NCBI GenBank assembly: GCA_963727625.1
Contig: CAVSHR010000002.1
Span: 352,001-416,000 of the forward strand
DNA length: 64,000 nucleotides
Source: an uncultured delta proteobacterium
GTDB lineage: Bacteria > Desulfobacterota > Binatia > UBA9968
Reading direction: 5' to 3'
The notes beneath the pieces are model-generated. The model searched no databases and was not told where the DNA came from. It worked only from the letters and a program-made list of their open reading frames with translations. Each line of letters opens with the position of its first letter. The stretch's first letter is position 1. Of the stretch, positions 10,194-20,497 are shown piece by piece. The position numbers and the translations under genes are program-made.

Positions 10194-11054
10194 ATGACAG
10201 TCATGGCTGAAACGGATCAACGACGAAATAGAATCGTTCGCGCCATCCGCAAAAATAAGACGACCATGACAGGGATCGTGCTGACGGTGTTGATCTTGCT
10301 GGTCGCGTTGTTCGGGCCCTGGCTCACGCCCTTCGATCCGTTGGAGCAGAACATCGCCCAGGGCGACCTGGCGCCTGGCGGCGAGCATTTTCTCGGCACG
10401 GACAATTTCGGCCGCGACGTGTTGTCGCGGATCATTCTCGGCACCCGAGTCTCTCTGGCTGTCTCGCTCTCGGCGGTGGGGCTTGCCATGGTCATCGGCG
10501 GTCTGTGGGGGATCGTTGCCGGTTACAAAGGCGGCAAAATCGACGCCCTGTCCATCCGATTCATCGACATGTTGATGACCTTTCCGACGATCATTCTGGG
10601 CCTGATGGTTCTGGCCGTTTTGGGCTCCGGCATGTTCAATCTGTCCATCGCGATCGCGGTGGCGATCACGCCACGCTTTGCCCGGATCGCGCGTGGCTCG
10701 GCGATCTCGCTCAAACAGCGTGATTTTATCCAGGCGGCCAGGGCATTGGGTATGAGCGATCTGCGCGTCATCTTGTTTCACATCGTGCCGAACATCGCCA
10801 ACGAGATTCTCGTCGTGGGCACGCTCTGGAGTGCCACCGCGATCTTGCAGGAAGCCAACCTGAGCTTCATCGGTCTAGGCGTCAGGCCTCCCATGCCAAG
10901 CTGGGGCGGCATGATTCGCGATGGTGTTAACCAGCTACTCTTCCAACCCTGGCTCTCGCTGGCGCCCGGCATCGCCATCTTCATCGTCGTCCTCGCCTTT
11001 AACATGATCGGCGACGGCCTGCGCGACGTCCTCGATCCGCGCACCGTGGAGTGA
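10194..11054 (+). CDS. DppC-like ABC permease
   Basis: HFLGTDNFGRDVLSRI, FIQAARALG, LSFIGLG..PSWG, GDGLRDVLDPR. Confidence 0.93.
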   Translation: MTVMAETDQRRNRIVRAIRKNKTTMTGIVLTVLILLVALFGPWLTPFDPLEQNIAQGDLAPGGEHFLGTDNFGRDVLSRIILGTRVSLAVSLSAVGLAMVIGGLWGIVAGYKGGKIDALSIRFIDMLMTFPTIILGLMVLAVLGSGMFNLSIAIAVAITPRFARIARGSAISLKQRDFIQAARALGMSDLRVILFHIVPNIANEILVVGTLWSATAILQEANLSFIGLGVRPPMPSWGGMIRDGVNQLLFQPWLSLAPGIAIFIVVLAFNMIGDGLRDVLDPRTVE

Positions 11055-11161
11055 AGCGAAGGCTTTCGCCGGCCTCCAGACTGCCTTGCGACAGGTCCAG
11101 CGGCAAACACCCGTCGCCCGCGATTGACATAAATACGCGCCGTCGGCTACGCTTCTGCGCC

Positions 11162-12625
11162 ATGCGAATATTAATTCAGAACGCGCACGTCGTGACCATG
11201 AACGAGCGCAACGAGGTCATCGACAAGGGCACCATCGCCATCGATGGCAAACGCATCGTTTACGTCGGCCCCACCGAATGGACGCCGGCAGGGCCATTCG
11301 ACCGGACAATCGACGCCGATCGATTGATCGCTATGCCCGGCATGGTTAATGGGCACTGCCATTCGCCGGCGAATCTGGTGCGCGGCATGCTGCCGAGTAA
11401 ACCGCTGGAAATCTGGCGTGCCTACTACCGGGCGTCGCTGCGCGGCATGCGCGACGAAGACTTTTACGCCAGCGCGCTGCTTGGCGGCCTGGAGATGCTC
11501 AAGAACGGCGCCACCACGGTGCTCGATCACTTCGCCGGCAACCCGGCCTGCCGCTTCATGGGCGCGGGCGCGGCGATCCAGGCGATGCGCGATCTCGGCC
11601 TGCGTCACGTAGCCTCGCTGACGATCACCGACAAAAACTACGAAGATACAATTCCACTCGGCACCACCGATTCGGGTCTGAACGAGGAGATCAAGCGCAT
11701 GAGCGCGAACGAGGCCAAGTCCGCCCATGAGTGGCTCGACGAATGCGAGGCTTTTATCGAAGCTTTCCATGCGCCGGAAAAGCTCACTACAACCTGTCCC
11801 GGGCCGTCCGCGGTGCAGCGCTGCAGCGACGAGCTGCTGACCCAGTCGGCGGCGCTGGCGCGGCGAAAAAATTTGCCCATGCACATTCATCTCGCTGAGA
11901 CCAGGGCGCAGGCCGTGATGGGGCGGCAGCTTTACGGGACGTCGCTGCTCAGGCATTTAGACGCCATCGGCGCCGTGAGCGGCAATCTCTCGCTGGCGCA
12001 CTCGATCTGGATCGACGACGATGACGTCGAACTTTTCGCGGAACGGGGCGCCACGCCAGTGCACAATCCGGCGAGCAATTTGCGCATCGGCAGTGGCTTG
12101 GCGCCGCTCAAACGGTTTCTCGCCGCCGGGGTCAATGTCGGCTTGGGCACCGACGGCTCGGCTTCCAACGATGGACAAAATATGTTCGACGCGCTGCGCC
12201 TAGCAGCTTTGATCCACAACCAGGCGGGGAGCGACTTCAAACATTGGGTGTCACCGGTCCAGGCGCTCGCCATGGCGACGCGCAACGGCGCGCGCGCCTT
12301 CGGCATCGACGCCGGTGTGCTAGCGTCGGGCAAGCTCGCCGATCTAATCCTGTTGCGGCGGGATACTCCTGCGTTCACGCCGCTCAACGACGTGATCGCC
12401 CAGATGGTCTATTGCGAAAACGGCAGCGGCGTCGACAGCGTGATCGTCGACGGCGAGATCGTCGTCGACGGGGGTCGCACCACCAAGGTCGATGAAGCGG
12501 AAGTTTTCAGGCTCGCGGTTCAGGCGCGCAGCCGGCTCGAGCCGTCGATTCAACGCGAACTGGCCGCTGCGCGGACGATGGAGCCGAGCTTGGCGGAAAT
12601 GTATTTTCGGGTATTTGCTAAGTGA
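11162..12625 (+). CDS. Metal-dependent amidohydrolase (Atz/Trz/SsnA-like deaminase family)
   Basis: PGMVNGHCH, HIHLAET, AHSIW, HNPASNLRIGSG, LGTDG, GKLADLI. ATG at 11162 preferred. Confidence 0.9.
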   Translation: MRILIQNAHVVTMNERNEVIDKGTIAIDGKRIVYVGPTEWTPAGPFDRTIDADRLIAMPGMVNGHCHSPANLVRGMLPSKPLEIWRAYYRASLRGMRDEDFYASALLGGLEMLKNGATTVLDHFAGNPACRFMGAGAAIQAMRDLGLRHVASLTITDKNYEDTIPLGTTDSGLNEEIKRMSANEAKSAHEWLDECEAFIEAFHAPEKLTTTCPGPSAVQRCSDELLTQSAALARRKNLPMHIHLAETRAQAVMGRQLYGTSLLRHLDAIGAVSGNLSLAHSIWIDDDDVELFAERGATPVHNPASNLRIGSGLAPLKRFLAAGVNVGLGTDGSASNDGQNMFDALRLAALIHNQAGSDFKHWVSPVQALAMATRNGARAFGIDAGVLASGKLADLILLRRDTPAFTPLNDVIAQMVYCENGSGVDSVIVDGEIVVDGGRTTKVDEAEVFRLAVQARSRLEPSIQRELAAARTMEPSLAEMYFRVFAK

Positions 12626-12672
12626 AGGAGTTTATACTTCTCGGATGGCCATTAAGCCAGGTCGGATCGGTC

Positions 12673-12963
12673 TCAGTGCAATTTCTGGCCGTCACCCGAA
12701 TGACGTAACCTTGTGGCATTATCCTCATGGCAAAGTTCGGGGCTGTCATAACCGCGAACTACGGCGTCATGGAGATGAAATTCACAAACGCCAGCGTGGT
12801 CGAATTCTAAACAACTTATTTGTTCCGAACTCGGTCGCTTCCGGGCGCTCCTGATGGCGCTACCAAAAAGCAGCGCCATCAGGGCGCAGCCCATGGAGGA
12901 GGCGATAATCGTCCCCATCACTAGAATCGTTTGAGGCATTTGTAAGTTCTCGGTAACTCTCAT
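12673..12963 (-). CDS. Small hypothetical membrane protein (doubtful)
   Basis: Short ORF with one hydrophobic helix; no recognisable family. Confidence 0.25.
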   Translation of the reverse strand: MRVTENLQMPQTILVMGTIIASSMGCALMALLFGSAIRSARKRPSSEQISCLEFDHAGVCEFHLHDAVVRGYDSPELCHEDNATRLRHSGDGQKLH

Positions 12964-13150
12964 CCCGCCCTATATCCCAAGCGCGGAGTGACGGTCAAGC
13001 GCAACGTCAAGAAAATCTCGGTGGATGGCTCGCCTGCATTTACAACGGCACTCCATGAGTGTGTGCCCGTAATTCGGCGGATGCGACCGTCGGCCAGCGT
13101 AACCGCGACGGCGCGGCCGGCCCGGAAAACGCTAACCCCAAATCCTTTAG

Positions 13151-14554
13151 TTAAAGCGGCGGTCTTTGCTTATGCCAATCGGTTGCCTGCTCGTAGGCGT
13201 AGGCGGTGCGAAAGGCCATAGCTTCTTCAAAAGGTGGTGCAACGATTTGCAACCCGGCCGGCAATTTATCCGGCGTGAAGCCGCACGGGACACAGATGAC
13301 GGGCAAACCGGAAAGATTGAATGGATTGGTGAAGCTCGGCCGAAGATTTTGCTCGTTGGAGTTCACGGCGGTAAAGGCTTCGGCCGGGCGCGGCGCGCCG
13401 GGCACGGCGAAAACATCGACACGGAAAAAGTTGGCGCGGATCTTCTCGTTCAAAACCGCGCGGGCGCGCTGCGCAGCGAGATAATCCGCGGCGCTCAAGA
13501 ATGCCCCTTCGAGCAGGCGCCGCCTGACCGAGCTGCCGAATTTCATCGGAGTCGCTTGTAAGTTTTTCTCATGGTACGCGTATCCCTCGCACACGAGGAT
13601 CGTCTGATTGGCCTTGCGCGCCAGGGAAAACGGCCTGCCGTCGAGGTCGGTAATCGTCGCGCCGAGGCTTTTCAAGACTTCGAGGGCCGCGTTGAAGACG
13701 GTCTCGGTGGCGGGATCGATTCCAAGGTTTTCATCGAACCAACCGGCGCGCGGCACGCCGATATGCAGCCCTTTGATTCCGATTTTCATATCGGCTTGAA
13801 AATCCGGCATGGGCAGGTTGGCCGACGCCGGGTCTTTAGCGTCGTAGCCGGCGATCGCCTGAAGCAAGATGGCGCAGTCTTCGACGCAACGCGCCATCGG
13901 GCCGGCGTGATCGAGGGACCAGCTGAGCGGGACGACGCCATAGCGGCTCACCCGCCCGTAGTTCGGTTTGATGCCGACGATGCCGCAGTGTGATGACGGT
14001 GTTCGAATCGATCCGCCAGTATCCGAGCCAAGTGCGCCGAAGCACAGGCCAGCGGCAAGCGCCGCGCCGGAGCCGCTGCTCGAGCCGCCGGGGATATGGT
14101 CGGTGTTCCACGGATTTCTTACCGCGGGGAATGGCGCATCCACCGACGGCCCGCCGAACGCGAATTCGTGCATGCCGAGCTTGCCGAGCAGGATTGTGCC
14201 GGCCTCGCGGAGCTTGGTGGCGGTTGTGGCGTCGTAATCCGGAAACCAGTTCTCCAGCACCGCCGAATGACAGGTGGTGCGGATGCCCTTGGTCGCGTAG
14301 AGATCTTTGAGCGCGATCGGCATGCCATGCAGTGGCCCTCGGTCCTTGCCGGTTTGCAGTTCCTTTTCCGCCTGGCGCGCCTGCTGCAAAGCGAGATCGG
14401 CGGTGAGCGTGATGAAGCAATGAAGCTTGCCGTCGATCGCTTCGATACGGCGCAGCAACGCTTCGGTAAGCTCCACCGGCGTGAACTCCTTGCGGCGCAA
14501 CGCCGCGGCGATTTCGCTGATCTTTAAATAACAAAGCGCGTTGGGCTGCATCAT
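13151..14554 (-). CDS. Amidase signature family enzyme (GatA/AtzE-like)
   Basis: GPLHGMPIALKD, PGGSSSGSGAA, GSDTGGSIRTP. Confidence 0.93.
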   Translation of the reverse strand: MMQPNALCYLKISEIAAALRRKEFTPVELTEALLRRIEAIDGKLHCFITLTADLALQQARQAEKELQTGKDRGPLHGMPIALKDLYATKGIRTTCHSAVLENWFPDYDATTATKLREAGTILLGKLGMHEFAFGGPSVDAPFPAVRNPWNTDHIPGGSSSGSGAALAAGLCFGALGSDTGGSIRTPSSHCGIVGIKPNYGRVSRYGVVPLSWSLDHAGPMARCVEDCAILLQAIAGYDAKDPASANLPMPDFQADMKIGIKGLHIGVPRAGWFDENLGIDPATETVFNAALEVLKSLGATITDLDGRPFSLARKANQTILVCEGYAYHEKNLQATPMKFGSSVRRRLLEGAFLSAADYLAAQRARAVLNEKIRANFFRVDVFAVPGAPRPAEAFTAVNSNEQNLRPSFTNPFNLSGLPVICVPCGFTPDKLPAGLQIVAPPFEEAMAFRTAYAYEQATDWHKQRPPL

Positions 14555-14557
14555 TCG

Positions 14558-14755
14558 TTATTTCCTGCGATTGGCGGAAGCGTCGAAGGTTCCGGCGAGT
14601 TCATCATCGGGGCCAACCAACTCGCGCAGCTCGGAGGCTTGCTTGCGGGCTCGGTTGACGCCGGGGAGCAGCCGGTGCAGCTCATCGTCGACTAACCTGA
14701 GTCCGGCCTGTGCCGCGATGATCTGCAAATTTTCCAATGTTAGCTCGTCGGCCAT
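14558..14755 (-). CDS. Small amidase partner protein (GatC/AtzG-like)
   Basis: 65 aa, RBS GAGGA, ends 3 nt before the amidase start; AAQAGLRL..EL..L pattern. Confidence 0.6.
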   Translation of the reverse strand: MADELTLENLQIIAAQAGLRLVDDELHRLLPGVNRARKQASELRELVGPDDELAGTFDASANRRK

Positions 14756-15231
14756 ATTTGTCCTCGACCGCTCCTCTATTACGCATCAAGATGATGCAAG
14801 CAACTCTGCTTTTAATTCGACGGGATACTCATTGTCAATTAATGGAAGGAGCAGCCAGCCATACTCGCGATGGGCGTTGGTTTTCTTTACGGACAATTAC
14901 CGGCCCGTAGCATCCTACCGAGTTCATTCGAGTTCTGTCACGTTTAGGTGCTTCTGGGTCCAAGGGTGGGTGGCTGCCAATTTCAGCAGCTCTCGTCGGC
15001 GTCGTTTGAATCGGCGCTTACGCAGCAATCTATCCTACCGGGTTGTCGAACACCCGGTTGCTTGTTTCTCACTGTCAGCGTGCTCGGGCTTCGCCGAAAT
15101 AGGCTAGTCCAAGACCTTCAACCCTAGCTTGGTCTGCGTTTTAACCCTCGCAGGTTATCGCCTATGAAGGCAAACCTTTGACGCCCAGCGCGAACGGCGC
15201 GAAATTCCCGTGGATTTTTCGGCTGGTGTTT

Positions 15232-16440
15232 CTAGCGCAGATTTCCTGTATGTCCTAACGAGTATCTTCCCGGTTGCGGCCAGACCGTGAGGCCATGGGG
15301 TTCGGACTTGTCCGGAATTTTCTTGACGGCGCCTGAATTCGTATCGATGACGTAAACCACGTTGTCGTAGCGGCCTGAAAGCCAAAGCTGTTTGCCATCG
15401 ATGCTCACATTCCCCATGTCGGGACTGCCGCCGCCGGGAATGGGCCAAGTCGTGGTGACCTTGCGTGTGGCAAAATCAATGACCGAGATGCTGCCCTTGC
15501 CTTTGGGCGGACCATAAACGCGGGCGACGCCGCGGTTGGCGACATAAAGCTTGGTGCCGTCGCGGCTGGGGTACAAACCGTGGGTGCCGATACCGGTTTT
15601 GATGTGGCCGATCTCGGTAAATTTCTCGCCGTCGACAATAAAAACCCCGGCTGCTTTCATATCGGCGACGTAGAACACTTTGCCGTCAGGCGAGATGCGC
15701 ACGTCTTGCGGCATTCCGCCTTTGGAAAATTTCAAATACCCGACCACTTTGCGCTCGACCATGTCGATTTTGGCAACCGTGCCGCCATATTCGCAAGTGA
15801 AAATGGCGTAACGGCCGTCGATGGAAAAATCAGCGTGATTGATTCCCGGACAGTTCGGCGTGTTGATGGAGTACTTGAGAGCCATGGTGTGCGGGTCGCG
15901 GAAATCGAGCCGTTTGTGAGCTTCAGCAACGACAATGGCGGCGCTGCCGTCCGGAGTGAAATACATATTGTACGGGTCGTCGACGGGGATGTTTTTGCCC
16001 GGCTTGCCGGTGAGCGGATCGATGGGCGTGACGCTGCCATCGGTGCGGCCTTCGGCGTTGTTGTTGACCCAGAGGGTTTTTAAATCCCAGGACGGGACGA
16101 CATGCTGCGGATGAATCCCGACTTTATATTTGTCGACGACCTTTAACGTTGCCGGATCGATGACCCAGACATCGTTGGAGCTGCGATTGGGCACGTAGAC
16201 GCGGTGCAGGTGTTTGGCGACCGTCGGGCTCAAATTGTCCGGCCGGGTTTCGCTATAGAGATTGTTGGGATTGATGACCGGCGGCATGCCGGGGACGGTT
16301 TGAATCGTTCGCTGCGGCGACTCCGCGGCGGGCCCCGGCAACGGCAAACCAAACAGCGCCGCGAGCAGAAAAGCCGCAACCGCTGGGACAAGAGCCCGAC
16401 GATGCCTCATGAACTTCACCTCCAACAGGACAATAGCCAT
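15232..16440 (-). CDS. Secreted YVTN/YncE-family beta-propeller protein
   Basis: Signal peptide; repeats VYVPN..V.VID, LYVAN, PHGL. Confidence 0.85.
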   Translation of the reverse strand: MAIVLLEVKFMRHRRALVPAVAAFLLAALFGLPLPGPAAESPQRTIQTVPGMPPVINPNNLYSETRPDNLSPTVAKHLHRVYVPNRSSNDVWVIDPATLKVVDKYKVGIHPQHVVPSWDLKTLWVNNNAEGRTDGSVTPIDPLTGKPGKNIPVDDPYNMYFTPDGSAAIVVAEAHKRLDFRDPHTMALKYSINTPNCPGINHADFSIDGRYAIFTCEYGGTVAKIDMVERKVVGYLKFSKGGMPQDVRISPDGKVFYVADMKAAGVFIVDGEKFTEIGHIKTGIGTHGLYPSRDGTKLYVANRGVARVYGPPKGKGSISVIDFATRKVTTTWPIPGGGSPDMGNVSIDGKQLWLSGRYDNVVYVIDTNSGAVKKIPDKSEPHGLTVWPQPGRYSLGHTGNLR

Positions 16441-16512
16441 CGGTCGAACCGCATGTTTCGACCGATGGTCAGATGTTAGACGAAATAATATCGGAATTCG
16501 AGGATAGCGGAA

Positions 16513-18828
16513 CTATGCGGCGTTTTTTTTCTTGCTCTTCTGGATCGCCCAAAAAACATTCTCGGGCTTGAGCGGAAGGTCGTAAACGCGCACTCCGATG
16601 GCATCTGCTACCGCATTGCCAATCGCCGCCGGTGTCGGCGCGAGGCCGGGCTCGCCCAGGCCTTTTGCGCCGTACGGTCCTTCGGGCTCGGCGCACTCGA
16701 CGATGATCGGAATCATCTTGGGCACGTCGAGCGATGTGACAAGATGGTAATCAAGGAACGACGGATTGCGCACCTTGCCGGTTTTGTCGATGACCATTTC
16801 TTCATGCAATGCGGAGCCGATGCCCATGGCGACGCCGCCTTCGATCTGTGCCACGCAATTGAGCGGGTTGATCGCCTTGCCGACGTCGTGGGCCGCGGAC
16901 ATGCGCAACAAGCGCACTCTGCCACTTTCTTCGTCGACCATGACTTCGGCGGCTTGGGTGGCGTACATATAAAAGGCCGAGGCATGGTCGCTGTGGCCGG
17001 TTTCCAGGTCCAAGTCTTTGCCGATCTCGTAGGTGTAAGAGGCGTCGCCGCGCACGATGCCGTTGATGCCGAGCTTGCGCTTCACGACTTCCCCGATGGG
17101 CAACGCCTGTTGGGGCTGGTCTTTGAGGAAAACTTTGCCGTCGGCGTAATCTAGATCTGGCATTTTCGCTTCGAGCATGGGTCTTGCCGCCTCCATGATC
17201 TGGTGGCGTGCATGAATGGCCGCGCTGCGCACGGCGTTCCCCATGTGATAGGTGCTGCGGCTCGAAGTTGTCGACGCGTCGTAGGGGATCACATCGGTGT
17301 CGAGCTGGTGCATCCGAACTTTTTCCATGGGAACCTTGAGCTCTTCAGCCGCGACTTGCGAGAGAATCGTGTTGCAGCCCTGGCCGATCTCGACGGTTCC
17401 AGCGAACACCGTCACTTCGCCCTGGGCGTTCACGGTGACCCCGGCGTTGGAAGTGGTCGGCGAGCGTGTCGGCTTCTGGATGCAGGCGAAACCTTTGCCG
17501 ATCTTTACACCGGGCTGGGTTTGCTGCCTGGGCTCGCCCCAATCGATCGCCTCGGTGGCCTTGACGAGGGTCTCCTTGAGACCCACCGCATGAAGTCGTT
17601 CACCCCAGTAGGAAACGTCGCCTTCAACGAAAATATTTTTCATGCGAATTGACATGGGGTCCATGCCGAGCCGTTTGGCGAGCTCATCCATTTGCTGTTC
17701 GCCGGCCCAGGCGCCCTGGGGGATGCCGTAGCCGCGGTAAGAACCAGCGACTGGCTTGTTGGTGTAAACCGCATATCCGTCAACTTTGACATGTGGAATT
17801 CGGTACGGGCCGGGCGCAGGCAGACTGCCGCGAATGCAAACCGTCGGGCTCTTTTCGGCGTAGGCGCCGGCACCCCAATAGATGGTCATTTCCCGGGCAA
17901 CTAAAGTGCCGTCTTTCTTAACGCCGGACTTTGAGTAGACGACAGCTTCGTGGCGGGTCAGCGTCGAAATGAAAGTTTCCTCGCGGTTAAATTTCACCCG
18001 CACGGGCCGGCCGTTGGTGTGGAAGGCAAGGGCGACCGCGATGGGTTCGACTTTCAAGCCGCCTTTGGAGCCGAAGCCGCCGCCCTGGGCCGGATTGATG
18101 AAACGGATTTTGTCCTTGGGCATGTTCAACGCTTCGGTGATCTCGTGCAGCGCGCGAAACGGCGCGTCGTTGGCGACCCAGAGAGTCAAGCGACCGCTCT
18201 CTTTATCCCACTGGGCGTGAGCCGAGTGGGGCTCCATGGCTGCGTGTTGAATCATCGGCACGAAATATTTTTCTTCGATCACGAGATCGGATTCCTTAAA
18301 GCCCTGAGCGACATCACCGGTTCGCAGCTTGAAGTGTTCGGCAATGTTGGCGTGGGGCCCGGGTACGATGAAGTCGACTTTGCGGTATTTGTCAAAGTTC
18401 TCGTGAATCGCGATCGCATCCGGCTTGCAAGCTTGTTCCGGGTCGATGTAAACCGGCAAGTCCTCGTATTCGACCTCAATGAGTTTGACCGCGGCTTGGG
18501 CGGTGTCTTCGTCTTCCGCCGCTACCGCCGCCACCGGCTCGCCGATGTAGCGCACTTTCCCTTGGGCGAGAAACGGCTTGTCTTTAATGGATTCGCCGTG
18601 GGTCCACGGTGCATCCGCGCCGGTCACCACCGCGACGACGCCGGGCAACTGTTTGGCTTTCTCGGTGTTGACCTTTTTTATCTTGGCGTGGGCCTTGGTG
18701 CTGAAAAGCGTCTTGCCATAGAGCATATCGGGCAGTACGAGATCATAGCCATAGATGATCTGGCCCGTGACCTTTTCGTTGGCATCGACCCGGGTAACGG
18801 GTTTTCCGACGACTGTGAGTTCCGCCAT
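16513..18828 (-). CDS. Xanthine dehydrogenase family molybdopterin-binding subunit
   Basis: KVTG..YG.D, QHAAMEPH, GGGFGSK, SYRGYG, EIGQG, QIEGG..MGIG, GAKGLGEP. Confidence 0.95.
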   Translation of the reverse strand: MAELTVVGKPVTRVDANEKVTGQIIYGYDLVLPDMLYGKTLFSTKAHAKIKKVNTEKAKQLPGVVAVVTGADAPWTHGESIKDKPFLAQGKVRYIGEPVAAVAAEDEDTAQAAVKLIEVEYEDLPVYIDPEQACKPDAIAIHENFDKYRKVDFIVPGPHANIAEHFKLRTGDVAQGFKESDLVIEEKYFVPMIQHAAMEPHSAHAQWDKESGRLTLWVANDAPFRALHEITEALNMPKDKIRFINPAQGGGFGSKGGLKVEPIAVALAFHTNGRPVRVKFNREETFISTLTRHEAVVYSKSGVKKDGTLVAREMTIYWGAGAYAEKSPTVCIRGSLPAPGPYRIPHVKVDGYAVYTNKPVAGSYRGYGIPQGAWAGEQQMDELAKRLGMDPMSIRMKNIFVEGDVSYWGERLHAVGLKETLVKATEAIDWGEPRQQTQPGVKIGKGFACIQKPTRSPTTSNAGVTVNAQGEVTVFAGTVEIGQGCNTILSQVAAEELKVPMEKVRMHQLDTDVIPYDASTTSSRSTYHMGNAVRSAAIHARHQIMEAARPMLEAKMPDLDYADGKVFLKDQPQQALPIGEVVKRKLGINGIVRGDASYTYEIGKDLDLETGHSDHASAFYMYATQAAEVMVDEESGRVRLLRMSAAHDVGKAINPLNCVAQIEGGVAMGIGSALHEEMVIDKTGKVRNPSFLDYHLVTSLDVPKMIPIIVECAEPEGPYGAKGLGEPGLAPTPAAIGNAVADAIGVRVYDLPLKPENVFWAIQKSKKKNAA

Positions 18829-18847
18829 ATTCTGTCTCCTAAATAAG

Positions 18848-18943
18848 GTTCAAACCGTTTTATTGGTCTCTGTCTGGCGATTGTTTTCAGCCGCTCGGAA
18901 AATCCGTCGAATTGAACGATTTAAACGGCTTGAACTTATTGAA
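18848..18943. repeat. TTGAAC/GTTCAA-type imperfect palindromic intergenic repeat
   Basis: GGTTCAAACCGTT ... TTGAACGATTTAAACGGCTTGAACTTATTGAAC. Confidence 0.4.
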
Positions 18944-19418
18944 CATTCTTATTCCGAATCATCGCCGCCGCGTCCTGAACCGCCTGGACGATCTTCGCGT
19001 AACCGGTGCAGCGGCACAGGTTTCCCGAGAGCGCGTATCGTATGTCTTCTTCAGTGGGGTTGTGATTGTCATCGAGCAGCGCCTTGGACATCATCAGCAT
19101 CCCCGGCGTGCAGTAGCCGCACTGAGCGCCGCCGTCTTGGATGAAGGCTTTCTGAATTGGATGCAGCTCGGGGCCGATCTTCAGTCCTTCAATAGTCACG
19201 ATGTCCGCACCGTCGAGCTCGCCGGAGAGAATCAGACAGGAATTGACCGGTTTGCCATTGAGAAAAACCGTGCAAGCGCCGCAATCGCCGGTGCCGCAGC
19301 CCTCCTTGGTTCCGGTGATGCCGATCTCATCGCGCAACAGGTCTAGCAGAAGCCGATGGTTCGGAACTTCTCGGCTCTCTCGCGTGCCGTTCAATGTGAA
19401 TTGGATTTGTTTCTTCAT
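18936..19418 (-). CDS. 2x[2Fe-2S] subunit (CoxS/XdhC-like)
   Basis: GCGTGDCGACT, QCGYCTPG, GNLCRCTGY. Confidence 0.96.
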   Translation of the reverse strand: MKKQIQFTLNGTRESREVPNHRLLLDLLRDEIGITGTKEGCGTGDCGACTVFLNGKPVNSCLILSGELDGADIVTIEGLKIGPELHPIQKAFIQDGGAQCGYCTPGMLMMSKALLDDNHNPTEEDIRYALSGNLCRCTGYAKIVQAVQDAAAMIRNKNVQ

Positions 19419-19436
19419 ACTAACCTCGAATCGAAT

Positions 19437-19514
19437 TGGAGCAATGGAGTGCTGGAGTATTGGGTCGGGATTCCGAAACCCATTACTCCATCATTCCAAC
19501 TCTCCATCACTCCA
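19437..19514. repeat. REP-like palindrome built from TGGAGT/ACTCCA units
   Basis: TGGAGCAATGGAGTGCTGGAGTATTGGG...CCCATTACTCCATCATTCCAACTCTCCATCACTCCA. Confidence 0.7.
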
Positions 19515-19518
19515 GTCT

Positions 19519-20427
19519 TTAATACCTTCTGTCGCGCCGATCGACCCACGAATTTGCCGGACCGACGGCGGCGTTGAGCAGGGCACGCTTGGTCATTACG
19601 CCCACCATAGCGCGGCGATAATCCGCCGAGGAGCGCACATCGCTGATCGGTTTGCTTTCCCGCGCCGCTTCGTCGCCGACTTTCGCGGCAATCTCTTCGG
19701 TCAAGATTTGGTTTTCGAGCAGAGCTTCAGAATTTTTCGCGCGGAGCGGGGTTGGCGCCACCGCGCCGAGGACGATCCGGACACCGCTACACTTCTTATC
19801 GCTGCCGAGATTATAAGCGACGGCGACCCCGATATAGGCGAGGTCCATCATATCGCGGGGCGAAAATTTAATGTATTCGCCGACCAGCTGAGGGCTGGTC
19901 TTTGGGATGGTGATCTCGGTCAAAATTTCATCCGGGTTCATGATGTTTTGACCCGGGCCACCAAAGAACTCTTCCATCGGCACCGTCCGTTCACTGCCGG
20001 CGCTGGCAATCTTCGCCGTCGCATTGAGCGCGATTAGGCTCGGCGCCACGTCGGCGGAGGGCGTGGCGTTGGCCATGTTGCCGCCGACGGTGGCGCGGTT
20101 TCTGATCTGGATCGATCCGACTTCGGCTGCGCTCTGGGCCAGAAAGGGATATTTTTTTTTGATCACCGGCGAAGTCTCGATGGAGTACATGGTGGTGAGC
20201 GCGCCGATGGTGATGCTGCCGTCGCCGTTCTCGCGCACACCGTCGAGGCCGGGCACGCGCTTGAGATCGACAATATATTTCGGCAGCAACCCTTTTTCCT
20301 TCATCGCGATGACCAGGTCGGTGCCGCCTGCGAGAAAACGGCCGCCGGGTCCTTTGTCTTTGAGTAGCCGGCTCGCCTCCGCTAGGGTTGTCGGCTGATA
20401 AAATTCGAATGGTTCAGTGCGTTTCAT
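19519..20427 (-). CDS. FAD-binding subunit (CoxM/XdhB-like)
   Basis: LAGGTDL, QIRNRATVGGN, SPRD, SDVRSSADYR. Confidence 0.95.
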   Translation of the reverse strand: MKRTEPFEFYQPTTLAEASRLLKDKGPGGRFLAGGTDLVIAMKEKGLLPKYIVDLKRVPGLDGVRENGDGSITIGALTTMYSIETSPVIKKKYPFLAQSAAEVGSIQIRNRATVGGNMANATPSADVAPSLIALNATAKIASAGSERTVPMEEFFGGPGQNIMNPDEILTEITIPKTSPQLVGEYIKFSPRDMMDLAYIGVAVAYNLGSDKKCSGVRIVLGAVAPTPLRAKNSEALLENQILTEEIAAKVGDEAARESKPISDVRSSADYRRAMVGVMTKRALLNAAVGPANSWVDRRDRRY

Positions 20428-20433
20428 AAGAAA

Positions 20434-20497
20434 AGTGCTGAGGACGGAGTGCTGAGGAATGAGTAGAACCAGCCCTCAGCACTCATCACTCAGTCCT
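20434..20497. repeat. REP-like palindrome built from GTGCTGAG/CTCAGCAC units
   Basis: AGTGCTGAGGACGGAGTGCTGAGGAATGAG...CTCAGCACTCATCACTCAGTCCT. Confidence 0.65.

Noticed and set aside
13151-14755. gatCA of the Glu-tRNA amidotransferase
   Set aside because: No gatB adjacent, and the small ORF is shorter than typical GatC.
14760-15230. Intergenic region with a repeated ATCCTACCG(A/G)GTT and a 188-aa plus-strand ORF
   Set aside because: Only two short copies, and the ORF is antisense/low-complexity with no recognisable family; insufficient evidence.
16513-18828. Aerobic CO dehydrogenase (CoxL)
   Set aside because: The active-site loop reads SYRGYG, not AYxCSFR or AYRGAGR.
19437-20497. Short reiterated units as a CRISPR array
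   Set aside because: No constant 25-40 nt repeats with unique spacers and no cas genes; these are palindromic REP-like elements.
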